Shown piece after piece: positions 14,366 to 26,615 of a stretch of 51,425 bases of DNA. The translations under genes were made by a program, and so were the position numbers. The notes under the pieces are model-generated. The model had not been told where the DNA came from. It saw only the letters and a program-made list of their open reading frames with translations, and made no database searches. The stretch comes from Nemertoderma westbladi (taxonomy: Eukaryota; Animalia; Xenacoelomorpha), in assembly GCA_032718475.1 (NCBI GenBank), contig JAUCBJ010000290.1, forward strand, positions 1 through 51,425, written 5' to 3'. Each line of letters starts with the position of its first letter. The first letter of the stretch is position 1.

Positions 14366-14567
14366 AAGACGTTTGTGGAGAAATCAACTACGACTTCTAT
14401 AACTTGTAGGTCCGGTAGTTGTACATGGAGGGGTTTGTGCATCGGCGTGAACTGGAGACGGGCTTCTGCGTTAACACCAGTGGCGTCTAGGGTGTCGCGA
14501 GTCCGAAGTAACCACATGTTACGATTCTGCCACCAAAGAGCGTGATCCGACCAATCCATCGTTATGT
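14334..14567 (-). CDS. FERMT: Kindlin/fermitin coding exon 2 (F0 to F1)
   Basis: Acceptor ttttattttcag|, then (D)ITMDWSDHALWWQNRNMWLLRTRDTLDATGVNAEARLQFTPMHKPLHVQLPD...NLGKEL, then donor |gtaagt. DWSDHALWW and LQFTP.HK are kindlin hallmarks. 234 nt, phase 1 at both ends. Confidence 0.95.
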
Positions 14568-15978
14568 CTGAAAATAAAAACAATATTGATATTCCAGCAT
14601 TGGCATTGATAGCCTCTAATCGTGTAGTGCATATATAATATATTGTGACAACATGATGATGGATATGTAAAAAAAAATGAAAAGTAATAAATATAAAAAA
14701 AACTATAGGACTATACAGTTGTCAATTGTTGCATATTAATCATCGAATAAGTCAAGTCATGACAATGTGAATATAGAAAGAGTCATATCAGATATAGATC
14801 AGATAGGGGATAGGGTAGCTATTGCGTAGACCACAGTTAGTTAGTGTGTTTACGGGCTCATTTTGCATTTAAGCTCTCACCTCTCTCTGGTAATATTATT
14901 AACTATACTGTAATCTGATAACGTTTACTATTAACTAATAATGCAAAGTCCCCATTTCGGTCACTGAATGAAAAACAATGATGGGTTCAGCAGATTAACA
15001 AACACAGGGGTTAATAGCCCGCCAAGTTATTATTGTTAATCTAATAACGTCGTCAGTCTATCCTCCTTATTGGAACCGGTATTGGCAATTGTGCAAAATC
15101 GTAACAATACGATTTACAGGGACTCAGAATATGATATTATCCGCCCTCGGGTTTGCTATTATTGAGTATAAGTCGGAAGTACTTTGAACAAACATCACGG
15201 TTGGAGAAACAAATTGGACATCTGTGACCGATAGACAATCGAAAGACAAAATTGTCCTTGCCTAAACTAAACAGCACACTCCATTTAGGGTATGTAATGC
15301 GGAAATGCCTATAGGGATAATTAATTACATAAGGAAATATTATTACTTAACAAAATGTAATGAGAAGGAATTTCCAAGTTAAAATTACCGGTACACGTGT
15401 CGTATTATATAAATGTACAGACAGACGAATATTGCAATCGTGATAAGAATAAAACATACATTAATTGAGTTAAACTGACAACTTTTCGTCAGTATTTGGT
15501 GATTTTTATAGAATAAATAGAACAAGAGGCGCACCTTCTGTATTTGCTAAACTGTAGTGTCAGTGTCGGTGTCGGTGTCGGTACGCTGTCTGGCTGTGCA
15601 TCTGCCTAGCTAAGGTACGGGACTAATAAATAAGTTTAGGTAAGATGGCGTGGTGTCACTTTTGTTATTATATTATTTTCATAAAGAGGAAATTTAGAAC
15701 AAACCTGAATCACAATGACGTTATGTTTACAAATAGAATAAATATGGTTAAAAACCAGATATGGGTTGTTTATCGAAAATAATATTATATGACACTAATC
15801 CCGCCTTGAACTGGCCACTGATGGACGATCAATATTTTGCACCAGATGGCCGGCCCACAATGATCTAAATATTGTAATGTAGGGTAAATAATGGAAATAT
15901 GTTAAAATATGCGCGATTAACTCAACTAGCAAGTTGGTCAATCGATATCTCGGATGTCTCTTTATAGGAATGACATAC

Positions 15979-16135
15979 CTAGTTCCTCCGTAAGTTTGTA
16001 AATAACACCACCAATTCCGAGGTCACCAGTTACACGGAGCACACGTTCAATATTCAGGTCGGTCACGTATATCGACAACTCCCAAGAGTTGTCTATGAAA
16101 CTCCCATCCGCTGTTCGGATGCCCAGACCAGACAT
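15979..16135 (-). CDS. FERMT: Kindlin/fermitin first coding exon (F0 N-terminus); not in the ORF track
   Basis: Manual translation from the ATG at 16135 gives MSGLGIRTADGSFIDNSWELSIYVTDLNIERVLRVTGDLGIGGVIYKLTEEL, then donor |gtatgt. This aligns by eye to the kindlin-2 N-terminus MALDGIRMPDG...WELSVHVTDLN...LRVTGEVHIGGV. 157 nt. Confidence 0.95.
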
Positions 16136-16447
16136 GACCAATATTCAGTATGAGTGGCCTGAATGTTGGCCAATAAATCAATGCAATATCCAAACTTATT
16201 CCAGTTCCAACAACAACGTTTCGTCAAAAATGGAGTAAATAATTGCAATACATATACGTTCTACTTCCAACCTAATCAGCAAATAGGCCTAACCTAACAT
16301 TTACACAACTGTATGTAGTTATGTAGGCCTACAACATTACATAAATGTAGATTGTAATTGTAGATAAATACCGTACCAGAGTACCGGTAATCTGATAATG
16401 GTATGCTTTGTCTATTCATTATAAAAATTCATACAGCATTCCCTGGC

Positions 16448-16514
16448 ATTGGCCTATTAATTTGTCTTGCTAGACTAGAGCCTCTAGTCTAGCAAGACAA
16501 ATTAATAGGCCAAT
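16448..16514. repeat. Perfect inverted repeat with 33-bp arms and a 1-nt centre
   Basis: attggcctattaatttgtcttgctagactagag-c-ctctagtctagcaagacaaattaataggccaat. Confidence 0.95.
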
Positions 16515-18324
16515 TAATAGGTACACCTCACTAGCAGCTAAAGCCTACTAAGTACCGGTAATAGTACAATATAGTACATTTTAGTCATCGGCAAGCTTCA
16601 CTTCAGCCTTAAGCAATTCTGGGATGTAAAGTGTGAAATATCATTTATATATTGTGGACTAATTAATAATTGATCACCACCTACCCTACACCTACACCAT
16701 GTCCTGAAATATAGTGTTGTTATTCAGGGACCCCCCCCCCCCCCCCCCCTCCAAATCATTATTAGATTGCATGAAATTTGAAACAGAGATAGTTTCACCT
16801 CCCTCCTCATCCTCCGTGGGTGAGCCAAACTTTTTATTTTCGCTTTTATTCTTTAGCTACAAGCGTTTAAAAAAGGGTCTCCGTCGATATTGCACCAGTT
16901 ACACCGCAGTTATTCTTCAACATTACTGCATTATAGTGATTTGTTGGTACTGTTAGAAAGCTGGCTATGAAAGGATTCAAAATATGTAACACAATCCAGC
17001 AATCTGAGTTTCGTCGTAAAATAGCTGAGATATGAGCGCTCAAAATTTGAATGGTTTTGCACAATACAGATTGGAATGCAGCAGTGCTGCTGGAGATACT
17101 GCTGGAAACAGTATTTTATCAATGTTCATCATCATGAATTCAATTAATTGTAGTGTCAAAAGACGCGCAAGACTCCCCGCTTTCAATTATTGATATAAGC
17201 CACGTGTGAAATGATTTGACCGGTGATTTGTTGCGATTAGGTGTGATTTGGGTGTTTCTGTTTAGACTGCAATTTGGGTGTTTAGACGAGACGGACCGCT
17301 ATAAATAGTCAGACACGTGCTCTCGCTAATCACAGAATCAGCTAATGTGGGGTTCATTTCCAATTCTCCAAGTATAGATTGATAGGATATGACTAGACAG
17401 ATAGAGATAAAAGAGACCCCTGGCCCTGCAGCCCTGGTTGAATCGCATTTCATATCGGAGCTCTACATTTCACAGCATCTTCCATTCTTCCTTGATGAGG
17501 TCCGTTCGATCTTGTAACGATCCGATACTTGTATAAAGTTTATCAACTCTTGCGGCCATTATTTTTGTCTACGCCTCCCTGCACATTAGAGTAAGACCCT
17601 CATCGGCACTTACCGGGCTGCTGGGACATTGTCTGATTGTACCGGTACGTGTATATGTTGAGGTACCGAGTACCTCCGTATCCAGTATCGGTAAGTGCAA
17701 CAAACTTAATGTTGAAATAATAGGCCTTTTGATATTGCCAGACAGCCAGAGCACCAGATTGTGACAAATGAGATAGTGTCGAAGTGACTCTAACTGTCTA
17801 ACGCAAAGCAATTTCGCTACAGATTTTCAGACACTTCGTCACAACTTTATAATTGACCGTATTTCTCTCTACCGTAGGTCTATTTTATTATTTGTTTATT
17901 TATAGGTTATATTATATTTATCATACCGTGCATTGAACAGCATCGAACAGTCGAAAGAGGATGAAGACATAAGATAAAAAGAAAAAAACAATGTAAATTG
18001 GTAATAAATACCATACCGCCATATCATATTAAGGAATCTTAGATTACATTCAGTCTGTCAGTATACTGGTATATTAATATTACAATACAACTAGGGCTAT
18101 ACCCTATACATACAGTAGGCCTATACAAACAACAATTAAACAATTAGGCCTATTTAACAGTTTAAAGGCCTACAAATAGACTAGGCAGGCATGCAGGCCA
18201 AGCTTACAGCAGTACAGTGCTGCAGTGACAGCTTTACAGGTAGGCCTAGGCTAGGCCTATCTGCCTATATAGGGGCTTATAATTTCTAATTAGGCCTATT
18301 ATTACGATCACCACCTAGTACAGT

Positions 18325-19398
18325 CAGGGCTGGCAAAGTAGGTTTTTGTAAACCTAGGTTTTTGTAGGTTTTTGTCAAAAACCTAAAATTTGAAAAAAGC
18401 CTAAAACTAGGTTTTTAGGTTTTTGATTTTTCATCTTTAATTTGCCTTTTAATTTCATTTGTACACTCAAAACAACTGAACAAGTCAACTTGCATTGTCA
18501 GCTGATGAGTTCCAGTCCAGTCCAGTTGTCTTGTCACTACTGACAAGCTACTGATGCAAGTTAGCTGATGCAAGTTAGCAGTCAGATGGTCCGGTACCGG
18601 CTGACCGGTAACTCAACTACCTGACTTGACTACAGACCTACATCCTGACGTATGTAGTATGTACTGATGTACGTCTGTACGTTGCTGCTGATAACTGTAC
18701 ACTAGTACAGTGCAGCAGTGGTCCAGGCTCCAGGCTGCCAGTGGCTGCCGGTCAGCGTCAGTGGGTGGTCTCTGCAGCTCTGGCTCTGGTCAGCCTGGTG
18801 GTCACAGGCAGTCAGGTGGTTATCGGGTTAGTTGGTTTGCGTTATGCTTTTATGGCAGTATGGGACTGTGGGATGGGGTGGCATTCTGCATTCGCTGAAT
18901 CGCGTGCCTGCATTCTGCATGCATTGATTGATGCTAATGATACTAATAGCTAATAGACTACTGAACTAATACACTAATAGCTGTAATAGTGTAATAAATA
19001 GTTGCACCTACTGTCTGAATTTAAGACTGTACTGCTGTAAGCCTACTTTCAGACTTTGTACAGGTTTATATAATTGTAACTAATATGACAATGAAACCTG
19101 ACGGACTCATTCTTTCAAACAATTTTGTATCATAGTGCAGTAGTGTATCTATAAAATATAATCTTGACCAGTTGACCAAATGTGGCCCCATATAATTTAT
19201 CTAATCATTTACCAACCAGGTCAATCTAATCAATCAATATACAAATACAGAAATACTACAAAAACCTAGCGAAATACTACAAAAACCTAGCGAAAACCTT
19301 CAAAAACCGGCAAAAACCTTCCAAAAACCTACAAAAACCTTGCAAAAACCTAAAACCTAAAAATTTTTCTGAAAAACCTATGGTTTTTGCCAGCCTTG
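18325..19398. mobile_element. Non-autonomous hAT-like DNA transposon
   Basis: Termini cagggctggcaaa / tttgccagccttg are 12/13 complementary. Subterminal arrays are taggttttt (left) and aaaaacct (right). The 8-bp flanks agtacagt / gttacagt match at 6/8. No transposase ORF. Confidence 0.75.
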
Positions 19399-21679
19399 GT
19401 TACAGTAGTACGAGTGAGTAGGGTAGACTGGGGTTGTATGGCCATTTTTTCAACTTTTTTTAATCCCACGGGAGCACAGTTACATGAAACCATCATGGCC
19501 ACCCCTAGGAAGAAACCTACACATCTCAGCTATATATTAAACTTTTGAAACCCATGGTCAAATGATGGTAATTTTCGATTTCAGGTCCCCAGAGGGGATT
19601 TTTTTTAAGAGAAACTGGGGTGGCCATACCACCCCAGGGCGGGGTTGTATGGCTGTATGGCCACCAATATTGTATAAATTTCAAATGCCTTAGCACCCCT
19701 CTCCTCTCATGGGGTTGTATGAATGAAATGAAATTCTGTCCTAGAAAGCTACAAGCGTATAAAAAAAAGTGTCTCCTAGGCCTACTGCTGTACTGTCCCG
19801 GCAGCCCGGCGTTGGCATACCTACGCTACAGTCACAGTCAGTCAGTGCAAAACAACAAGATAAAACAGCAAGATAAAGTACGGCTGTACGGCAGTACGGT
19901 AAAACAGCAAGTAAGGCTGTATGCTGGTAAGGTCAATAGCAAGATAAAGTACTGGCACCTAACTGCCTAAGCACTAACGCATACACAACCTTGCAACCGG
20001 CTGTCCGGTACTGGTACCTACGCAAACTAGGAACCATGTAATGGCATAACCGGAAGATAAAACCATTCTGCCATTGACAGATAGGGTAACACAATAATAC
20101 AGAAATAATAGTAAATTATTTTATAATTCCTGGGACAATCTCTGAATCTCTACCGGTATCTACAAATTAACTTAATTATAATATAGTACAATTTTATACA
20201 TTTATAACGGATTCCGTACGGTACCAGTAAAATTTAACTACCGTTAAAATGGAAAATTAAAATAACACAAGGCAGCAAGGATAAATCTGACTAGCGGCAG
20301 AACGGTGGTTTTAAAATAACCAGCCATACGGTATGGTCCTCCAAATAACGGCCTGACTAAACTGCGGACATCAGCCCAAGAGCAATTGGCAGATTGGGCT
20401 GAGAAATACATCACTGTGTTGGGTGGGAGTCAGGCAGTCAGGGAGTAGAGTTGATTATGTGAATGAACTCTCTCATTCCCAAGGTTTTACTTCTGCCAAC
20501 TTTGTTGCATTCTGATTGGCTGTGAACATGAAGCATGGAACACCCTCTTGTGGTTGGTTACTCTACGAATCATGATGAATAAATACAAATGTAAGTAAAT
20601 AGGAATGATCTGGGGGGTGGGGGGGGGGGGGGGGGGGGGGGGGGGCTGAATATAATACTAAATACTAAATAATACTAAATATTTTAAAGGCCTAGCAAAC
20701 ATGTCAGTAATGCAAACGCAAATATTTTTTCCAACCTATTTTTTTAAATTATTTCACCTATTTTTTTACCTATTTTTTTGATTATATTTTTTTACCTATT
20801 TTTTTAATCATTTTACCTATTTTTCATACAGTTACCGTGCTGCCGTGCACAAGGCCTACTGCAATTATTAAGTACCAGTACCGGTACTGTAATTCTAATC
20901 TGTACTATTCTAATCGTTTATTGTTTTGGTTCATTCTGGCTACCACTGTAACCTGCTCCTTTATGTTAATCACGGGTTTTCTCGACCAATCTGCTAGTTC
21001 CGACAGTCTTGATGTCGAAATATTATTAGGTAAAAAGAACAATAAAATAGATCGGCAAAGAGCGGAAATAATTATATTCTAGAACAATTATTTTTTGTTC
21101 TAGAACATTTTAAAGAAAAAAATCAGGATTCTATTTAAAACGCATGGGATCGTTATAAAACGTGTTTAAAATCAACAAAAAAAAATTTTCAACTTACCTT
21201 AAATCTCTAGCTAACATAAATTTTAGAATCTTGCTTAACGAGGAGGCTTCAATTATGTCCATTGAGCAAATTGTAGCAAATTAAAATTTAGAGAACTCTC
21301 CCCATATCAAAATATAAAATATTGTCATTCCGAAAGTCGGCCTTCAGTTATTTGCAGTACTGACATGTCTAGGCCTTTAGTGGGGCGTTTACCTCAAAAA
21401 AAGTTAACCTTGAAATCAACTTAAGGTCAAATTGAAAATCAACTTTTACATTAACTAAGATTTTCTTGAGTTTAAGTCAAGCGGGTAAATCAACGCAATA
21501 CTTATAGTATTGCTATTCTAGTCTTCCTACATTCCCATCTTCCTGCATTCCCACCTTCCGACACACCCAGCCACCGACCGACTTAACATTCGACCGACCA
21601 ACCACCAACCGAGCCACCCACCCCTTTAAACAAACGTTGACTCATTTTGGCTTTCCTGGGCACTCTGAATGTGGGGCAA

Positions 21680-22422
21680 GCCACGAAGTGAGCGAAGCCT
21701 TAGCATATGGGTGCCATTGGCGAGTTGTCTGCCGTCGTCGTCGTCTGTCGTCGTAAATTTTTGATCGCTATTAACTCGGTTATTTCTTGATTAAATTAAA
21801 CGAAACTTGGTATGTATGTAATCCGTCAAAAGTTTAGAAAGAATCTGAAGTTTCGTCAAAAATGAACAAGGCAACGAGACACAAGAGTAGGACGAGTATT
21901 GTGTTGAAGACTTCTGACTAACGGCAAATAACGCGTTAATTGTACCCATATGCTAAAGGCTTTGCTCACTTCGTGCTGAGCGAAGACCCCACGAACGTGA
22001 TCACATGGGCCGTGAAAGATAATTAAAGATGGATTACAGAAATTTCATTTCTGCATTTGCCTTGGCTTGGTTATATGCATTTAATTAAGCCCATTGCCAA
22101 TTCCCATCTGCAATACTTACACGTTCGTGGGGCTTCGCGTACCACGAAGTGAGCAAAGCCTTTAGCATATGGGCACCATTAACGAGTTGTCTGCCGTTAG
22201 TCAGAAGTCTTCAACACAATACTCGTCCTCCTCTTGTACCTCGTTGCGTTCGTTCGTTTTTGACCAAGCTTCATATTCTTTCTAAACTTTTGACGGACTA
22301 CATAATACCAAGTTTCGTTTAATTTCTTCAAGGAATAACCGAGTTATTAGCGATCAAAGATTTACGACGACAGACAACTCGCCAGTGGCACCCATGTGCT
22401 AAGGCTTCGCTCACTTCGTGGC
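21680..22422. mobile_element. Two ~300-bp non-autonomous elements in inverted orientation (MITE or DINE-1/Helentron-like)
   Basis: 21680-21998 and 22121-22422 are diverged reverse complements separated by ~120 bp. Each copy also has its own terminal inverted repeat (cacgaagtgagc.aagcct..agcatatggg). One copy has a (cgt)n microsatellite. Confidence 0.75.
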
Positions 22423-22489
22423 ATTCCCACCTTCCGACACACCCAGTCACCGACCAACTTACTACTAGGATCGGCATGCTGCATTGCAG

Positions 22490-22843
22490 CTGCATTTTTA
22501 CGAATGCTGTGCCGGATTGTCAACAAAATTGCACCGCCACAACTCCCTATCACCCATGACATTTGCTAGATCATCCGCATCTTCAAGGCCAGTGTCCTTT
22601 AAGATGCGTCTCAAGAAAGTCATGGGCTGTCCACCATGCTTATTCACTCCATGAGGATGCCAAAGTACAAGATTATGCACTGGCTGGTCCTCACGGCGAA
22701 AGCAATGTCCTGCAAAGCGGAGTCGGCTTTGTTCTAGTGTCAAGCTTGGGAGAACCAATGAGACACACCCAATGTTATATAGTGTCTGGTTGGAGATGTG
22801 TGCATTGTACTTGACACAATGAACCCGGCATAGCATTCTTGTG
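22490..22843 (-). mobile_element. 3'-terminal fragment of an RTE-like non-LTR retrotransposon ORF
   Basis: TRML...HISNQTLY...RLRFAGHCFRREDQPVHNLVLWHP...KDTGL...VMGDRELWR matches the post-RT C-terminus typical of RTE/RTEX clade LINEs. Confidence 0.8.
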
Positions 22844-25800
22844 CATTCTTGTGAATCTTGTGAAGAGACGCAATGGAACTTCCCCGGACCCGGACTCCCG
22901 TTTAACTTATCAGAAGCTGCCTGGAAGGACTTATACAGAATGGGAATAGTAAGGGACACTCGAGATCCAACTGTATGGAAGAGGTCAGCAGCAGGATATG
23001 TCCAGGGATTCTTCAGCTCTTTGGAGCGATTAGAAGAACACCTATTTCAACAACGTCAAGGACCTCAAGAGCAGGGAGAGCTGCTTTATCAAGTGCGAGA
23101 ACGAATCTTACGGATCAGACTAATCCTTTCAGCCTTTGAGGAAGCCTCGAAGAGAAGCCAAGACACGTCGTTGCAAGTGGCTGTAAAGACTTGGTTCCAA
23201 TGGGTGAGTCTTAAGGTCCAGGGAACGACACAATGGAAAGTTCAGCTAACTGAGCGCATGACCCACGGAGAATCAACAGATGCCACTTTTTCTCATATGG
23301 AAGGCGAAGCGATATTCGAAAAACCTCAGAAGAAGAAGGATGCGATTGACATCTATCTGTCGGATTATCAACGATTTATAGGTGACAAAGAACTCAGAAG
23401 ACGACCTGAAGAGCTGGACTTCATCCCAATAGTGAGGGAGCCAAATTCGTGTTGGAGTCGTTAGATGCGGAAATATTAGCTGCGGAGCAGGCTAAATTGG
23501 ATGAAAGCATCTTCATCGCTATGGACCAAGAAGAGCAAATCAAGAAAAGGAAAATAGAAGACCGAAAGTTAGCAACAACGGCAGCGGCAGCGGCAGCGGC
23601 AGCTGCAGCGGCAGCGGCAGCGGCAGAATCTGAAAGGAAAGCGGCAGCGGCAACGGCAGCGGCAGTGGCAGCGGCAGAATCCGAAAGAAAGGCAGTGGTG
23701 GCAGTGGCAGAAGCAGAACGGAAGGCATCTGAAGCGACAACCCAACTAGAGTTGGAGAACCTTCAGGCGAAACAAGAATACTTGAATAAACAAAGGGCAG
23801 CTACTCAGATGCAACTACTGAGTCGATCTACTCCCAGAAGACAGGGATTTACCTCCTCTGATGAAGGCGATACAACAGATCCCGAGGGGAAAGGTAATAA
23901 ATCTCATTCTAGCGGACGTAGAAGAGCGCCACACCGGCAGAAGTTGCCTAATTTGCCTCCTGCGGTGAGAAGGCAACTAGCTAATGTAGACTTAAGTAAT
24001 CAAGAACCTACAGACCAAATTATTAGAGTAGAAAGACTCCCTACTATAGTAGATGAGCCCGAAATAATTAGGCCTGTTGTTGAAGCCACTCACTTGGTGG
24101 AGACCCCCATACTTCCAGAACCTAACTCTAAATTCCCTTTGCACAGTACTAAACTACCTGTGCCCAGTAGACAAGCCCCGGAATCACATCCAGTCCTGGA
24201 TGCCGAGCAAGACATAAATGAATTGTCTCCCGTTGTCCCTACGCGTCACCCAGCTACCATGTTGGCGGCTCCCGCTAACCAGTGGGTGGACGAGGGACGA
24301 CGGGGGATGAATCAGCTGCTCGGGCAGCTGGAGGACAACCAAAAACAGTCTTCCCAGCAGGTCCGAGAGTTGGAAGGGACTGTTCAGCTGTTAAAGGGAA
24401 CAGTGAGAGAGAGTAGGTTAGAGTTGCAAGAAGTACAACAGAGTATCGCTTTAGAGCGCGATAAATTAGTAAATATACAAATGGGTATACCACCACTCCC
24501 TGTAACAATGTGTCAACCCGTTAGGTCTGAAGTATTTCATGCGCAAGGTGTGGAGCCTAACGCATCTATACTGCTAGTGAAGTAGAAACTCCTATAGTAA
24601 ACCCTATTAAGGATAATTATAAACCCGTTGATAATGACTACACAACAAATGGTTAGAACTGAAGCCCGTCAAGCGGTAAAGGTGGGAGAGGTTGTCAAGT
24701 TCAATGGAGATGCGATGAAATGATTACCTTTAGTTACAGTTAGATTGGTTAGGTAAGTCTCAGGAATACCAGAGTTCTATGGTTGTTGGAGCCGTAGCAT
24801 CTACTTTGCCAAAGGGTGGAGTAGGTACTCGTTGGGACAAAAAGGTTCTCTATATGATGGACCAGCAACAAAGAGACCCTACCATGGCTGATCTCATGTC
24901 ATTCTTAAATGGAGAAGTAAGATTACAGCTCCTAAAGCAGTCCAGAGAGAAGACACTGGAAAGTAAGGTAAGTGAAAAACCCAATACTAGGAGAAAGGTA
25001 ACACCAGTGTGTTATACGGACGAGGGCGAAAGCCAAACCTCCTACGAGGAAAACAGCGGTAAGGACACTGAAAGATCTTATTATGTCAATAAAACAAGGA
25101 AAGACGTAAGTAAATCTAAGTCTCGAACCAGTGACAGGAGAGAACAGGTAACAACTCCTCCTACGTCTCCTAAGAGAATTCATGGAAGAAAGCCCGAGGA
25201 AAGAACAAGTGTGCACAACACAACACAGGTTAAAGTAAGTAACATCAAACCCAAATGTGTATTGCGCGACGGGCCACATCGCTTGAGTGGGTGTGATGAA
25301 TTGTTGAAGAAATCCCTGAAGGATAGACGTGATGTCATGTGGGATAAGCGGTTGTGTTATAATTGCCTCAGACGAGGACATCAACGACGGACCTGTTACT
25401 CAGACGCGAAGTGTGCTAAGTGCGGCGCGAAACATCACATCTTGCTGCACACCGAATTTGACAGAACCCGCACGAGTCAGGTAAGTGAGCCCAAACTACA
25501 TGTCCAATTCATTGATGTGAACGACACTGACCACAGTTCGGAGATGGAAAGATTCTACACGGACGAATTCTCCGACGAAAATGAATCCTGTTACATGATC
25601 AACACCGCTGTGTATCGAGGACTTACGTACAAGACTGAAACAGACTATGAAGATCCTCGGCTGACTATTCCGGATCGACAGCCATCTTGGAAAGTGCCAA
25701 CTTCCTCTGTTGGTATCCGAGAATTCCCTGTGGTGCAACTGAGAGTCCATGGGCTAGGGAAGAGCCTGATAGTAAACGCCCTCCTTTATTCCGGCAGCAC

Positions 25801-26035
25801 AGGCACCTTCATTGACAAAGAACTAGCCGAAGACATCTTTGCTGGACAACCCAAGTTCTGAACTAAGTTGAACCTTTCCGGAATTATGCAGGTTTGGAAA
25901 TCCACAGTAGCCACAGATTACTACGTGGGTGCGTTGTCCACTCCCCAGGATGAACTAGGAGAACATAGTGTAAGGTCGGTCAAAATGGTGGCTATAAAGA
26001 ACTTTGCTACTAGCCAAGTGGAGGCTTACAACTGG
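22844..26035 (+). pseudogene. gag: Outer BEL/Pao element: decayed gag and start of the protease (5' LTR not found)
   Basis: ORF pieces at 22841-23464, 23449-24585 and 24779-25861. BEL/Pao triple Cys-His array C(VLR)DGPHRLSGC, CYNCLRRGHQRRTC, CAKCGAKHHILLH. The protease motif reads ALLYSGS (Tyr in place of the catalytic Asp). Stops, frameshifts and an apparent deletion after VVKFNGD (~24720). Confidence 0.85.
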
Positions 26036-26547
26036 TGTTAGCTTATTCAATCCCGCTAACACCCCATAAAGTTATAAGCCGATAAGCAATATTGGGAGCC
26101 ACGAGATTGGATAATTAACCAACTCGTGCCATCCCAATAGGAGTGGGAAGGAAGCACACAATAGAGGGTCAGGGGCCAAACCCCTAACCCAGAGAGAATA
26201 GGTGGAGTGAATGGGAGCACTCCAAGGGGCGCCAACAAGGGTATCAACCAATCAGAGGGGGGAAAGGCATCGATTAGGTAGAGTAACAAGCAGTAATAAT
26301 ACCAATTCAGTTATCTCAGTGCAATACCGGTGCTAGTTTAGGTTATTACATAGTTTTAGATAGGGAAGGACCGGGACTTTAGTTACCGTATCCCGCCTTC
26401 CATATACGACAATACTATATCTATATCTATATCCACATATCATATTATATACGACAAACAACATCAGAACTCATTCACTCTTTATACACGGCGGGGACGC
26501 GTGAACTAAAACCGGATAAACCGGGATCCCTCTTGGATCCCGTCACA
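26036..26547 (+). repeat. 5' LTR of the inner element (512 bp)
   Basis: tgttagcttattc...cccgtcaca; near-identical to 39750-40287. Confidence 0.97.
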
Positions 26548-26615
26548 GTAACTAAATCAGCTGCCGCCCTAGATAAACTCAATAACCACTAGCCACCGAA
26601 ATCTGCAGAAGAGAG

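Noticed and set aside
17260-17560. Short minus-strand ORFs upstream of kindlin
   Set aside because: No recognisable motif and early stops; probably part of a decayed repeat.
19420-19780. Recurrent ggggttgtatggcca motifs suggesting a DNA transposon end
   Set aside because: I could not find a matching second terminus or a TSD.
20611-20645. Long G/C homopolymers here and at ~10991, 16731, 28161, 29011, 50560 and 51400 as G-quadruplex signals
   Set aside because: They are scattered without consistent context and their lengths are unreliable in assemblies.
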